NCBI GenBank assembly: GCA_040005235.1 | Contig: JBDTZG010000003.1 | Location: 96,001 to 160,000 of the forward strand | DNA length: 64,000 bases | Source: Acidobacteriota bacterium | Lineage (GTDB): Bacteria; Acidobacteriota; Thermoanaerobaculia; Multivoradales; UBA5704 | Reading direction: 5' to 3' | Part shown: positions 49,049 to 58,060 of the stretch, one piece after another | Layout: each line of letters starts with the position of its first letter | How positions within the stretch are numbered: position 1 is the first letter of the stretch | The notes under the pieces: generated by a model | Seen by the model: the letters and a program-made list of their open reading frames with translations, nothing else | Database searches by the model: none | What the model was told of the DNA's origin: nothing | Position numbers and translations under genes: made by a program

Positions 49049-49351
49049 TCAGTGGTTCGGTTGACCGTTAGGGTCTGCCTCAATGCCGATGTCCTGAGAA
49101 CCGGGACCGGCGGCCGGCTGTCCGTTAGGATGGGCGACAGCGCCATTGTTGCCAACAACGATTCCGGGTGCCGGCCGGTCGCTCGGATCGACCACTGCGC
49201 CGAGTTCCTCCCAGAGCGCCGAAAGCAGGCTCCAGGGGGAGGAGAAGAAGGAACAGTCCCTCGGCGCGGCCCCGGCGGGCAGGGCGAGGAAAGCGAGCAG
49301 GAGGAGGGCGGCGACGGATCGGTGCGGGCGGCTTTGCGGGGAGGGGTTCAT
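49049..49351 (-). CDS. secreted 100-aa propeptide with three xxGxxxDPNG-like repeats
   Basis: RBS AAGGAG; hydrophobic signal ending PAGA; repeats at aa 49, 68 and 87. Confidence 0.75.
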   Translation of the reverse strand: MNPSPQSRPHRSVAALLLLAFLALPAGAAPRDCSFFSSPWSLLSALWEELGAVVDPSDRPAPGIVVGNNGAVAHPNGQPAAGPGSQDIGIEADPNGQPNH

Positions 49352-49498
49352 GGGGTCTCCTTGGGTTTCGAGGGCGGCGGGCGGCGGAAGTGCCGAACCG
49401 AGCCCCTCGAAAAGAAAGTGTCGCGTAGGACAAATGTCGCGCTGGAATCATGGGGCATGCACGGGCGGGCGGCGAGAGGCTCCAAACGGGAGGTTCAG

Positions 49499-50974
49499 AT
49501 GAGCACCCAGGACGAGATGGCCACCCGAATTCGAGTCTCTCGGGCACTCAAGGGCTGGAAGCAGGTCGACGTCGCCCGCAAAGCTCGGATGGACCCCAGC
49601 GCCCTCTCTCGCTACGAAAAGGAGGGGGGAGACGCCGCTCCTCGGGACGTGACGGAGCGGATTCACGCAGCAACCGAAGTTTCCCTCGCGTTCTCCGAGG
49701 TGGTCGTCTCCTCGTACAGGGTTCTCCAACGTCAAGCGAGTCGGCCGACAAGAAGTGAAAGGGGCTACGAGGACGATTTGGTCGCCGAGGTGGCCAGCCG
49801 TTTCGCTGCGTCGCTCGCTCCCGCTTTCATCGTGCTGCCTGTCCCGGACGTCCAGCCGCCCATGAACGATTCTCCTCCTACAATGGAGAATCGAGCCGAA
49901 GGGGAAATGCTCTTCCAGCGGCTCGTGCCCCTCCCGGAGAGCGACCGGCTTTTAGTAGTCGCCAAGGGATGCCAATTTCGAACGGCCGCGCTGTGCGAGA
50001 GGCTCTGCGAGGAGAGCGTTTTCTGGGCTGCAAAGAGCGCCGACAACGCCCTCCATTGGGCGGAACTCGCCTTGCGGGTTGCTGAGCGGATTCCCGGTTC
50101 GGAAGGGAAACGTGCGAGAGGAATGGGCTATGCCTGGGCTTTCGTCGGCAATTCGCTCCGAGTCGCCAACGAGTTCCCCGCGGTCGATGCCGCGTTCGCG
50201 CAGTTCCGGAAACTGTATGCCTTAGGTGACGAAAGAGCGTCTGGCTGGTTCGACGAGGCCCGTGCGCTTGATCTCGAAGCGTCCCTCCGCCGAAACCAGG
50301 GTCGATTCGGTGACGCACTGAAATTGCTTGACCGGGCGCTCGAAATCGGCAATCCCTCTCTGCGCACCCAACTACTTCTGAACATGGCGGTGACCTTGGA
50401 GCAGGATGGCCGGGCCGATCGGGCGCTCCGTGCACTCGAGGAAGCACGGACCGCTATCGAACAGGGCGAAGGAGGGCCGCGCTTCCTTTGGGTCTGGCAA
50501 TTCAACGTGGTGAAGAATCTGGTCCACCTGTACCGGGCAACTGAAGCAGAAGCGCTGCTGCCGGAGCTGCGGCTGCTCGCGGCCAAGTTGGGCAACGATC
50601 TTGACCAACTGCGCACCCGGGCGCTTACGGGCGAGGTTCTGGCGGCTTTGAGGAAGCGGGACGAAGCCCTCGCAGACTTTTCGGCGGTCCGAGCCGAGTT
50701 CACAACCCGGAGACTTTTCGCAGACGCGGCCGTCGTGGGCCTCCATGAGGCGGTGATCCTGCTGGAAGGCAGCCGCTCGGCGAAAGTCCGCACCCTCGTC
50801 CGCGCCATGAAACCGATCTTCGATTCGCTCGGCCTGAAGCGGGAAGCGCTCGCCGCCTATCGGCTGTTCGTCGTTGCCGTCGAGCAGGAAGCCGCAACGG
50901 CCACCATGGCCCGCGAGCTGGCGAAAGCGATCGAGCGGGCCGGCCGAAGGGGAGGCGGAGCGGCGGCGGGGTAA
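49499..50974 (+). CDS. XRE-family HTH + TPR regulator (paralog 2)
   Basis: RBS GGGAGG; WKQVDVARKARMDPSALSRYEK HTH; shares AWAFVGN, LDLEASLRRNQGRF and FNVVKNLVHL with paralog 1. Confidence 0.85.
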   Translation: MSTQDEMATRIRVSRALKGWKQVDVARKARMDPSALSRYEKEGGDAAPRDVTERIHAATEVSLAFSEVVVSSYRVLQRQASRPTRSERGYEDDLVAEVASRFAASLAPAFIVLPVPDVQPPMNDSPPTMENRAEGEMLFQRLVPLPESDRLLVVAKGCQFRTAALCERLCEESVFWAAKSADNALHWAELALRVAERIPGSEGKRARGMGYAWAFVGNSLRVANEFPAVDAAFAQFRKLYALGDERASGWFDEARALDLEASLRRNQGRFGDALKLLDRALEIGNPSLRTQLLLNMAVTLEQDGRADRALRALEEARTAIEQGEGGPRFLWVWQFNVVKNLVHLYRATEAEALLPELRLLAAKLGNDLDQLRTRALTGEVLAALRKRDEALADFSAVRAEFTTRRLFADAAVVGLHEAVILLEGSRSAKVRTLVRAMKPIFDSLGLKREALAAYRLFVVAVEQEAATATMARELAKAIERAGRRGGGAAAG

Positions 50975-51077
50975 GACCGCCCAGCTCACTGCAGCGCAGG
51001 ACCAGATCGCCTCGGAAACGGCCCGGCTCACCACGGCGTCTGCCTAGGTCACTATCGAGACGACCCGGACCACCATA

Positions 51078-51434
51078 AAGCTGGGCCAGATCACTACTGA
51101 GCTGGACCAGATCACTACTGAGCTGGACCAGATCACTACTGAGCTGGACCGGATCACCACTGAGCTGGACCAGATCACCACTGAGCTGGCCCAGACCACC
51201 AGTGAGCTGGCCCAGATCACCACTGAGCTGGCCCAGACCACTACTGAGCTGGACTAGATCACCAGTGAGCTGGCCCGGACCACCAGTGGCCTGGCTCAGA
51301 CCACCAGTGAGCTGGCCCAGATCACCACTGAGCTGGCTCAGACCACCAGTGAGCTGGCCCAGATCACCACTGAGCTGGCTCAGACCACCAGTGAGCTGGC
51401 CCAAATTACCTCTGAGCTGGCCGGGATCACCCCT
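51078..51434. repeat. 21-bp tandem repeat, 17 units plus degenerate units to about 50980
   Basis: Consensus GAGCTGGMCCAGAYCACYAST, head to tail with no spacers. Confidence 0.95.
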
Positions 51435-51837
51435 ACCCGCCCGGAAACGCATCCCGGATCAGCGTATACGTCCAGCCTCCGGAAGGGCTGGCGTCGAGGC
51501 CGAGGACGTCGAAGCGGCAGGGGCCATCCCAAGGGTGGGTGGCGAGGTAGAGTCCGGCCGCTCGGGCGAGACGGCGTTGCTTGGAGCGGGGGACGGCGGC
51601 GATCGCCGGGCCGTAGGCGTCGGTGGAGCGCGCTTTGATTTCCACGAAGGCCAGGGTTTCGCCTTCGCGGGCGACCAGATCGATCTCGCCGCAATGGTTG
51701 GTGACGTTGCGCTCGATCGTGGCGAAGCCTTGAGTGGAGAGCCAGGCGACGGCGGCGTCCTCGCCCACTTTGCCGCGCCCGCGGTGATGGGGAACGCGGG
51801 AGAAATCGCTCGGTTCGCTCGGTCCCGGCGCTTCCAT
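51433..51837 (-). CDS. yraN: YraN/UPF0102 family protein
   Basis: GEDAA, RN....GEIDLV, FVEIKAR, KQRRL, CRFDV. Confidence 0.9.
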   Translation of the reverse strand: MEAPGPSEPSDFSRVPHHRGRGKVGEDAAVAWLSTQGFATIERNVTNHCGEIDLVAREGETLAFVEIKARSTDAYGPAIAAVPRSKQRRLARAAGLYLATHPWDGPCRFDVLGLDASPSGGWTYTLIRDAFPGG

Positions 51838-51881
51838 GGGCCGCGGCACCGCCACGGGCCGGCGCGGCGGAGCGGGCCGGT

Positions 51882-53312
51882 TCAACGGCGCTTCCAGCGG
51901 GTGCCGTGAGGCGTGTCTTCGAGCACGATGCCGCGGGCGGCCAGCTCGTCCCGCAGGCGGTCGGAGGTGGCAAAATCGCGCCCGGCGCGCGCGGCGTCGC
52001 GGGCGGCCACCATTTGATCGATCTCGGCCGCTTCGCTGTCGTCCGACGTGTCGCGCCACGCGTCGGCGTCGAGCACGCCGAGCACCGTGTCGACCGAGGC
52101 GAGGGCCGCTCGGACGCGCTCTGGGTCGCCCGCCCCGAGAGCGCCGGCGTCGATCGCGACATTCGTTTCGCGGACGAAGCCGAACAGCGCGGCGAGCGCC
52201 TCGGAGGCGTTCAGGTCGTCGGCGAGCGCGGCGGCAAAGCCGGTGAGCAGGCGTTCGGCGGCGGCGGCGATCTCCGACCGGGGCTCTCCCGCTTCAGGGG
52301 CGTGGTCGAGCCGGTGGCGCATGTCGTCGATCCGGCGCAGGGCGGCCGCTGCGGCGTCGAGCGACTCGAACGTGAAGTTCAGCTTCTGGCGGTAATGGAC
52401 CGACAGGAACAGATAGCGCATCGCTCGGACGGAAAGCTTCTTTGCGATCAGCTCGTCGAGCCGGTACTGGTTGCCGAGCGACTTCGACATCTTCTGGCCG
52501 TCGACGATCAGGTGCTCGGAATGGAGCCAGATCCGCACGAACGGCTGGCCGAACGCCGATTCGCTCTGGGCGATCTCGTTCTCGTGGTGCGGGAAAATGT
52601 TGTCCACCCCGCCGCAATGCATGTCGAAGCTCTTGCCCAGCAGCTTCATGCTCATTGCGGAGCACTCGATGTGCCAGCCCGGCCGGCCCGGCCCCCAGGG
52701 GGAATCCCAGGACGGCTCGCCCGGCTTCACGGCTTTCCAGAGCACGAAGTCGCGGACGTCCTCCTTGTCGTATTCGTCGTCGGCCACCCGCTCGCCGCGG
52801 CGCGCCGCGTCGAGTTGGAAGCCCGAGAGCTTGCCGTAGTCCGGATCGCTCGCAATGCGGAAGAACACCGAGCCGTCGGCCTCGTAGGCGAAGCCCTTCT
52901 CGATCAGCGTGGCGATGATCTCGATCATCTCGGCCACATGGTCGGTGGCGCGCGGGTAGTGCTCGGCGCGCTCGACGTGAAGGCGATCGAGATCTGCGAG
53001 GAACGAGTCGATGAACGGCGCGGTATACACGGAAAGGGGAACGCCTTTCTTGTGCGCGCCGAGGATCGTCTTGTCGTCGACATCCGTGATGTTCATCACC
53101 TGGGTGACATGAAAGCCGAGAAACTTCAAGCTGCGGCGGAGGAAATCCTCGAACATGAAGGTCCGCAGATTGCCGATGTGCACGTCGTTGTAGACCGTCG
53201 GGCCGCAGGTATAGAGGCGGACGTTCGGAGGATCGATCGGAACCAGCGGTTCGAGCCGCCGGCCGAGCGTGTTCCAAAAGATCGGTTGGGGGAGAGGCAG
53301 GTCTTTAGACAT
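51882..53312 (-). CDS. cysS: cysteine--tRNA ligase
   Basis: CGPTVY, HIGN, GRPGWHIECS, FPHHENE, KMSKS. Confidence 0.97.
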   Translation of the reverse strand: MSKDLPLPQPIFWNTLGRRLEPLVPIDPPNVRLYTCGPTVYNDVHIGNLRTFMFEDFLRRSLKFLGFHVTQVMNITDVDDKTILGAHKKGVPLSVYTAPFIDSFLADLDRLHVERAEHYPRATDHVAEMIEIIATLIEKGFAYEADGSVFFRIASDPDYGKLSGFQLDAARRGERVADDEYDKEDVRDFVLWKAVKPGEPSWDSPWGPGRPGWHIECSAMSMKLLGKSFDMHCGGVDNIFPHHENEIAQSESAFGQPFVRIWLHSEHLIVDGQKMSKSLGNQYRLDELIAKKLSVRAMRYLFLSVHYRQKLNFTFESLDAAAAALRRIDDMRHRLDHAPEAGEPRSEIAAAAERLLTGFAAALADDLNASEALAALFGFVRETNVAIDAGALGAGDPERVRAALASVDTVLGVLDADAWRDTSDDSEAAEIDQMVAARDAARAGRDFATSDRLRDELAARGIVLEDTPHGTRWKRR

Positions 53313-53375
53313 CGGGATTTCCGTAAGTGATCGAGTCGAAGGAAGGTGACGAACGAAACCCGGCAAGGGTTTGCC

Positions 53376-53936
53376 CTAACGAACGACCTGGACGCTCCCG
53401 GCGAGGAAGGACGTGGTGAGCCGTTGGCCGGTCGGGTCGACCGCGGTGCTGTTGGCGAATTCAAACGCGCCGGTGCCCGCAGTGCTGGCGCTGAACTGGA
53501 GCGTCATCAGCACACCCGAGCCGTCGACTCCCTCGGTGCCGCCCAGGCGGGTCAGCCCCACCACCAGGTTGCCGGGAGGGTTCTCGGTGACTTGAAAAGC
53601 GGTCTGCACACCCCCGGCGGAAAGGAACGTTCCTTGGGTGCGCCCGGTAAAGCGAAGCAGGGTCGGAACCTTGAGGTCGAACGAAAGGCCGTAGAGCTCC
53701 TGGACGCTGGTTGCGCGGACGTCGAGGAACAGGTTGTTCGCGTCGGTGCCGACGCCCTCCTGCAAGGAAACCGCGTTCATCGGGTTCGTGCCGGCCGGAG
53801 AGAAGATGATCTGCGGCGTCGGCGGCGGCGGGCTGGTCGGCCCGCCCCCTCCTCCCCCGCCACAGGCGGTGAGGGCGAACACCGCGGCGATCGCTACAAG
53901 GCTCCACCCACTCTTACGCGACGATCCTGCGCTCAT
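53376..53936 (-). CDS. cohesin-like-domain lipoprotein
   Basis: LTAC lipobox, Gly/Pro linker, LYGLSFDL..GTFL..GSGVLMTLQF. Confidence 0.75.
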   Translation of the reverse strand: MSAGSSRKSGWSLVAIAAVFALTACGGGGGGGPTSPPPPTPQIIFSPAGTNPMNAVSLQEGVGTDANNLFLDVRATSVQELYGLSFDLKVPTLLRFTGRTQGTFLSAGGVQTAFQVTENPPGNLVVGLTRLGGTEGVDGSGVLMTLQFSASTAGTGAFEFANSTAVDPTGQRLTTSFLAGSVQVVR

Positions 53937-54454
53937 ACCAGCACCCCTTGCTGCTCTTCGACCAGGCGGCGCAGCGCCCGTTTCGCTTTGTCTTTCTTCA
54001 AACCGCTCAGGCGGTCGGTAAACAGGACGCCGTCCAGATGGTCGAGCTCGTGGCAGATCGCGCGCGCCATCCAGTCCTCCGCCTCGACCGAGAACGGCTC
54101 GCCGTTCGCATGGGCCGCCTCGACCACGATGCGGGTCGGCCGCTCGACCTTCTCGGTGATGCCCGGCAACGACAGGCATCCTTCCACGTCGACCGCCGAG
54201 CCTTCCTGCTCGACGAGCCGCGGATTGATCAGGACCAACAGGGCGTCTTCGGCTTCGCCGACCGACAGGTCGACCACCGCGACGCGCCGATCGCGGCCCA
54301 CCTGCGGCGCGGCGAGGCCGATCCCGGGAGCTGCGTGCATGGTCTCGATCATGTCGGCGACCAGTGTCGCCAGCTCGGCATCGAACGTTTCGACCTCGCG
54401 GCAGCGGGCGCGCAGCACCGGGTCGGGATAGAGGCGAATCGGCAAAATCGACAT
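53933..54454 (-). CDS. def: peptide deformylase
   Basis: GIGLAAPQVG, EGCLS, HELDHLDG. Confidence 0.97.
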   Translation of the reverse strand: MSILPIRLYPDPVLRARCREVETFDAELATLVADMIETMHAAPGIGLAAPQVGRDRRVAVVDLSVGEAEDALLVLINPRLVEQEGSAVDVEGCLSLPGITEKVERPTRIVVEAAHANGEPFSVEAEDWMARAICHELDHLDGVLFTDRLSGLKKDKAKRALRRLVEEQQGVLV

Positions 54455-54460
54455 GAATTC

Positions 54461-55330
54461 TTACATCCCCGAGCGTAGCTGGCGCGCCGCGGCGAGCACC
54501 GCCCGGTCGGTGCGTTGCTCGCGCAGGGCTTCGAGCAGGCCGCGCGGGTCGGGATTGCCGAGCAGCGCCTGCTCCAAGCCGTCCCGGTCGAGCCGCAACA
54601 GGGTGACCGCCTCAGTCACCAGATAGGTCGCCGGCCACTCGCCGTGCTCCAAGAGCACCGATTCGCCGAGGATATCGCCGGAGGTGAAGCTGCGCAGCAA
54701 ATGGTCTTTGCCTCCGGCCTTGATGCGCGCTTCGACCAGGCCGCGGACCAGGATGTAGAGCACGCCGTCCTTGATTCGCACCTGGGCCAGGATCTCCTTC
54801 TCGGCGACGTGGCGCAGGTCGACCCGCGAGAAGAGCCGCTCCAGCTGGTCGCCCGCCAGATGCTGCACCAGCGTCGAGCTTGCCAGGTGGTGCCAAAGGC
54901 GCTGCAGTTCGAGCGCGGAGGTGGCCGAGCCCCCTTCCGCCTTCTTCAAGCCCGCGAGGGCCAGTACCCGGACGCTCTCCAGGCTTTTTTCGCGCTGGAT
55001 CTTTTCGATCAGGTGGCGTACCGAGGAACTGTTCGGGGCGAGCTTCGCCGCGCGCGAAAGCAGCGCGATCCCCTTGTCGTAGAAACCGTCTTCGGCGTAC
55101 TCCTCGGCGACGAACCCGTATTCGGCGACCGCCCGGTCGAATTCCTTCAGCTCGGTATAGACCTCGGCCAGCTTCAGGTGGGAATGGAGATCCTCCGGGT
55201 TCGTTTTCAGCCGGGCCTGCAGCCTCTCGGCGGCCTCTTGATACCGCTCGACGACGATCAGGTCGTCGATCGTCAGCTCGCGTTCGGCTTTCTTCGCCGC
55301 CCCGCCACCGAACCAGCCTTTGAGCGCCAC
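54461..55330 (-). CDS. TPR + cyclic-nucleotide-binding-like domain protein
   Basis: N-terminal TPR helices; LYILVRGLV, GDILGE, ATY; start approximate. Confidence 0.75.
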   Translation of the reverse strand: MALKGWFGGGAAKKAERELTIDDLIVVERYQEAAERLQARLKTNPEDLHSHLKLAEVYTELKEFDRAVAEYGFVAEEYAEDGFYDKGIALLSRAAKLAPNSSSVRHLIEKIQREKSLESVRVLALAGLKKAEGGSATSALELQRLWHHLASSTLVQHLAGDQLERLFSRVDLRHVAEKEILAQVRIKDGVLYILVRGLVEARIKAGGKDHLLRSFTSGDILGESVLLEHGEWPATYLVTEAVTLLRLDRDGLEQALLGNPDPRGLLEALREQRTDRAVLAAARQLRSGM

Positions 55331-55547
55331 TCTAGAGCTCCTTCTCCGGATGGACTGCAACCCCACGCGCGGCCGCATTTTCCTGGTGCCGTCGACCGTA
55401 CAAAACGAGCCTATGACAGGCCCGACCCTTCCAAGGGACGGCAAGCGGCGTGATTATAGACTTAGCCCGCGCCAAAGAGATTCCTCGGCGAAGCGCTTCG
55501 CCCCAGCAGGGGGGCCGAACGCCCCGTGACCGGCAGATTTCAGCCCC

Positions 55548-55563
55548 TGGCACAGAAGCTGCT
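55548..55563 (+). promoter_or_regulatory. possible sigma54 promoter
   Basis: TGGCAC-N5-CTGCT versus consensus TGGCAC-N5-TTGCW, about 75 nt before the ATG at 55640. Confidence 0.45.
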
Positions 55564-55639
55564 GTTCCCCTAGGACGGCGGGGTCGAATTTCCCGCCCCT
55601 TGCGACTGCCCAACGCGGTCCCTCTACCAGGAGAATGAC

Positions 55640-58012
55640 ATGACGCCTCGAACCCGTTCTCGCCCTTTCTTCGCTCTCGCCCTCGGAGTCGCCGGCCTCG
55701 CGCTCGCAGCTCTGCCGGCAAGCGCTCAGGATGGCGGCAGCTATTCCTACATTCGTACCCTCGATGGGTCGGCAACCGTTACTCTCGCGGGGTCGCAGAC
55801 GCGTGATCGCGCCGAGATCAATCAGCCGATCCTGCCCGGCGACCGGCTCATCGTAAGCAATGGTTCGCGCGTCGAACTGGTCCTGTCCGACCGTAGCCTG
55901 GTTCACGTGGCCGGTGCCACCGAGATTGCGTTCGATGCCCTCGCCCTCTCGCCCGACGACACGTCGGACCTGAGCTACGACGATCGCGGCAATCGCGGCA
56001 ATCCAAACGATCCCAACGATCGCTATGGGGACCGTGGCTATGATCGCAACGCCACCGATCGGGGCTACGGCCAAAACGCGGATCGCTATCCGACCCGCGA
56101 CTCGTATCAGGGAAACCGGAACGGGGACGTCCGGGCCTCGGTCCTCCGGCTGCTCGATGGCGAAGTGCGGATCGAGACCGACAACTTTCCCAGCGGTTTC
56201 GAACCGCTGCAGGTCGAAACCGGCAACGCCACCGTCTATTTGGGAGAGCACGGTTCGTATCGCCTGGTCTCCGAGCAGGACGGCTGGAGCGAGGTGACGG
56301 TGCGCGAAGGGTCGGCCGAGATCGCCACCGAGCGCGGCTCGCAGATCGTCCGCCAGAGCCAGACCGCCATCGTCGACGGCGCCTCCCGTGCCCGGATCTC
56401 GCTCCGCCCGGCCGCCGGACGTGACGCGCTCGAACGCTGGGCCGAAGTGTTGCTCGACCAGGGCGACTCCTATCGCGACCGTTATGTCGACGACGACCTT
56501 CGCTATTCCTCCGTGCCCCTCTCCCGCTACGGCTCTTGGATCACGGTCGATCATCGCCAGATCTGGCGTCCGCGCGTCTCGTCCGGCTGGCGCCCCTATT
56601 CGCTGGGCCGGTGGCGCAACGGGCCGGGCGGCGCGATCTGGATTTCGTCCGAGCCGTGGGGCTGGGTGCCCTACCACTACGGCACCTGGGACTACTTCTC
56701 AGGGGTCGGCTGGGGCTGGGTACCGGGACGGGTGTTCGCTCCCGCGTGGGTCTATTGGTACTGGGGTCCTAGCTACGTCGGCTGGTGCCCGGTCGGCTAC
56801 TACACCCGCTACTACGGCGGCTCCGGCTTCCGCGACGGGCTTTACGGTTGGGCACATGGCAGCGGCAGCTTCTTTGCCGAGTGGAACTTCGTGCCGTTCG
56901 CCAACTTCGGTGATCGCGATCTCGGCCGCCGCGTCCGGCGCGGTCGCGACCTTGGGTTCGCCCTGGAGCGCGGCATCGTCACCACCGACACCCGGCCGCT
57001 CGGCCGCGAGCGGTGGAGCGACCCAACCCGGGCGATCGAGATCCTCCGCCGGGGCCGGCGCGACCTGCCCGACGTGAGCGTTTTCGTCGCGCGGAGGCCC
57101 GACCTGCCGCCGGCGATCAAGAATGAGATCGCGATCGGCCGCGAACGGCCGGGCGACCGGCCCGGCAACCGGCTCGACGGCACGCCGCTACGCCCCGGTA
57201 CGCTCGGCGGCGGCTCGGGCGGTGCGGCTCCCGGTCAGCGGACCGGCGGCGACACCCCCCGCGGCCGGACCCGTTGGAACACTGGCGGCGGCGCGGTCGA
57301 GGGCCAGCCGGCCGTGGATACCCGAGGGACCGGTCGGGATGCCGGTCGCGACTCTGGACGGTCGGGCCTGGATACCCCTGCGACGGGACGGGATTCTGGA
57401 CGATCCGGTTTGGATACCCCAGCAACGGGCCGAGACTCCGGACGATCCGGTTTGGATACCCGGGAGACGCCCCGCGAGAGGACGAACCCCACCGGCCGGA
57501 CCGGCGGCGACACGCCGGTCAACGCCGAACCCGGCGTCGAGCGGCGCCGGCCGGAACCGTCAACCCGGCCCGCGAACCCCGAACCGGGGCAACCCTCCGG
57601 CCAGCCAGCACAGGAAGAGCGGCGTCACCCGATCTACCAGCGCCCCGATTCAAGCGACTCGGGCGACTCGGGATCGAACGGACGCGAGGCGGAGCCGGTG
57701 CGGGAACGACCGGTAGTCCGCGAGCGGCCGAACGACTCCCCGCCGTCCGCTCCGCCTCCCTCGGCGTCGCGTCGCGAGGAGCCGTCGGCGCGACGGGACG
57801 AGCCGGCGCCACGGCGTGACCCGCCGTCGGCCTCGCAGCAGGACGAGCCGGTGTCTCCGCCGCCGCAGGAGGCGCGACCCCGCGAACAGCAGAAGCCGGA
57901 TTCCGGCTCCGAGAAGTCGGTCCCCGCGCGTCGGCGTTCGCAAGACCGCCGGCCGCAGAACGACGATTCGGACAACGACGGCGAAGCGGGGAGCCCGCCG
58001 CCGGGAATCTAG
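55640..58012 (+). CDS. FecR-like + DUF6600 secreted protein with disordered tail
   Basis: INQPILPGD; LSRYGSW, WRPY..GRW, EPWGW.PYHYG.W, W.PG..FAPAWV. Confidence 0.85.
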   Translation: MTPRTRSRPFFALALGVAGLALAALPASAQDGGSYSYIRTLDGSATVTLAGSQTRDRAEINQPILPGDRLIVSNGSRVELVLSDRSLVHVAGATEIAFDALALSPDDTSDLSYDDRGNRGNPNDPNDRYGDRGYDRNATDRGYGQNADRYPTRDSYQGNRNGDVRASVLRLLDGEVRIETDNFPSGFEPLQVETGNATVYLGEHGSYRLVSEQDGWSEVTVREGSAEIATERGSQIVRQSQTAIVDGASRARISLRPAAGRDALERWAEVLLDQGDSYRDRYVDDDLRYSSVPLSRYGSWITVDHRQIWRPRVSSGWRPYSLGRWRNGPGGAIWISSEPWGWVPYHYGTWDYFSGVGWGWVPGRVFAPAWVYWYWGPSYVGWCPVGYYTRYYGGSGFRDGLYGWAHGSGSFFAEWNFVPFANFGDRDLGRRVRRGRDLGFALERGIVTTDTRPLGRERWSDPTRAIEILRRGRRDLPDVSVFVARRPDLPPAIKNEIAIGRERPGDRPGNRLDGTPLRPGTLGGGSGGAAPGQRTGGDTPRGRTRWNTGGGAVEGQPAVDTRGTGRDAGRDSGRSGLDTPATGRDSGRSGLDTPATGRDSGRSGLDTRETPRERTNPTGRTGGDTPVNAEPGVERRRPEPSTRPANPEPGQPSGQPAQEERRHPIYQRPDSSDSGDSGSNGREAEPVRERPVVRERPNDSPPSAPPPSASRREEPSARRDEPAPRRDPPSASQQDEPVSPPPQEARPREQQKPDSGSEKSVPARRRSQDRRPQNDDSDNDGEAGSPPPGI
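57344..57469 (+). repeat. 42-bp coding repeat x3
   Basis: GRDSGRSGLDT(PAT) three times with synonymous variation. Confidence 0.8.
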
Positions 58013-58031
58013 TAGGCAAGTCGGGACGGTC

Positions 58032-58056
58032 GTAGGGGCGCACGGTCGTGCGCCCC
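58032..58056 (+). repeat. GTAG-type REP hairpin between convergent genes
   Basis: GTA-GGGGCGCACG-GT-CGTGCGCCCC, perfect 10-bp stem. Confidence 0.7.
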
Positions 58057-58060
58057 GCCG

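Noticed and set aside
49052-49498. N-terminal extension of the second XRE-TPR ORF (640 aa)
   Set aside because: Antisense to the propeptide gene; RBS and paralog length support ATG at 49499.
51078-51434. CRISPR array
   Set aside because: Units are contiguous with no unique spacers, and there are no cas genes.
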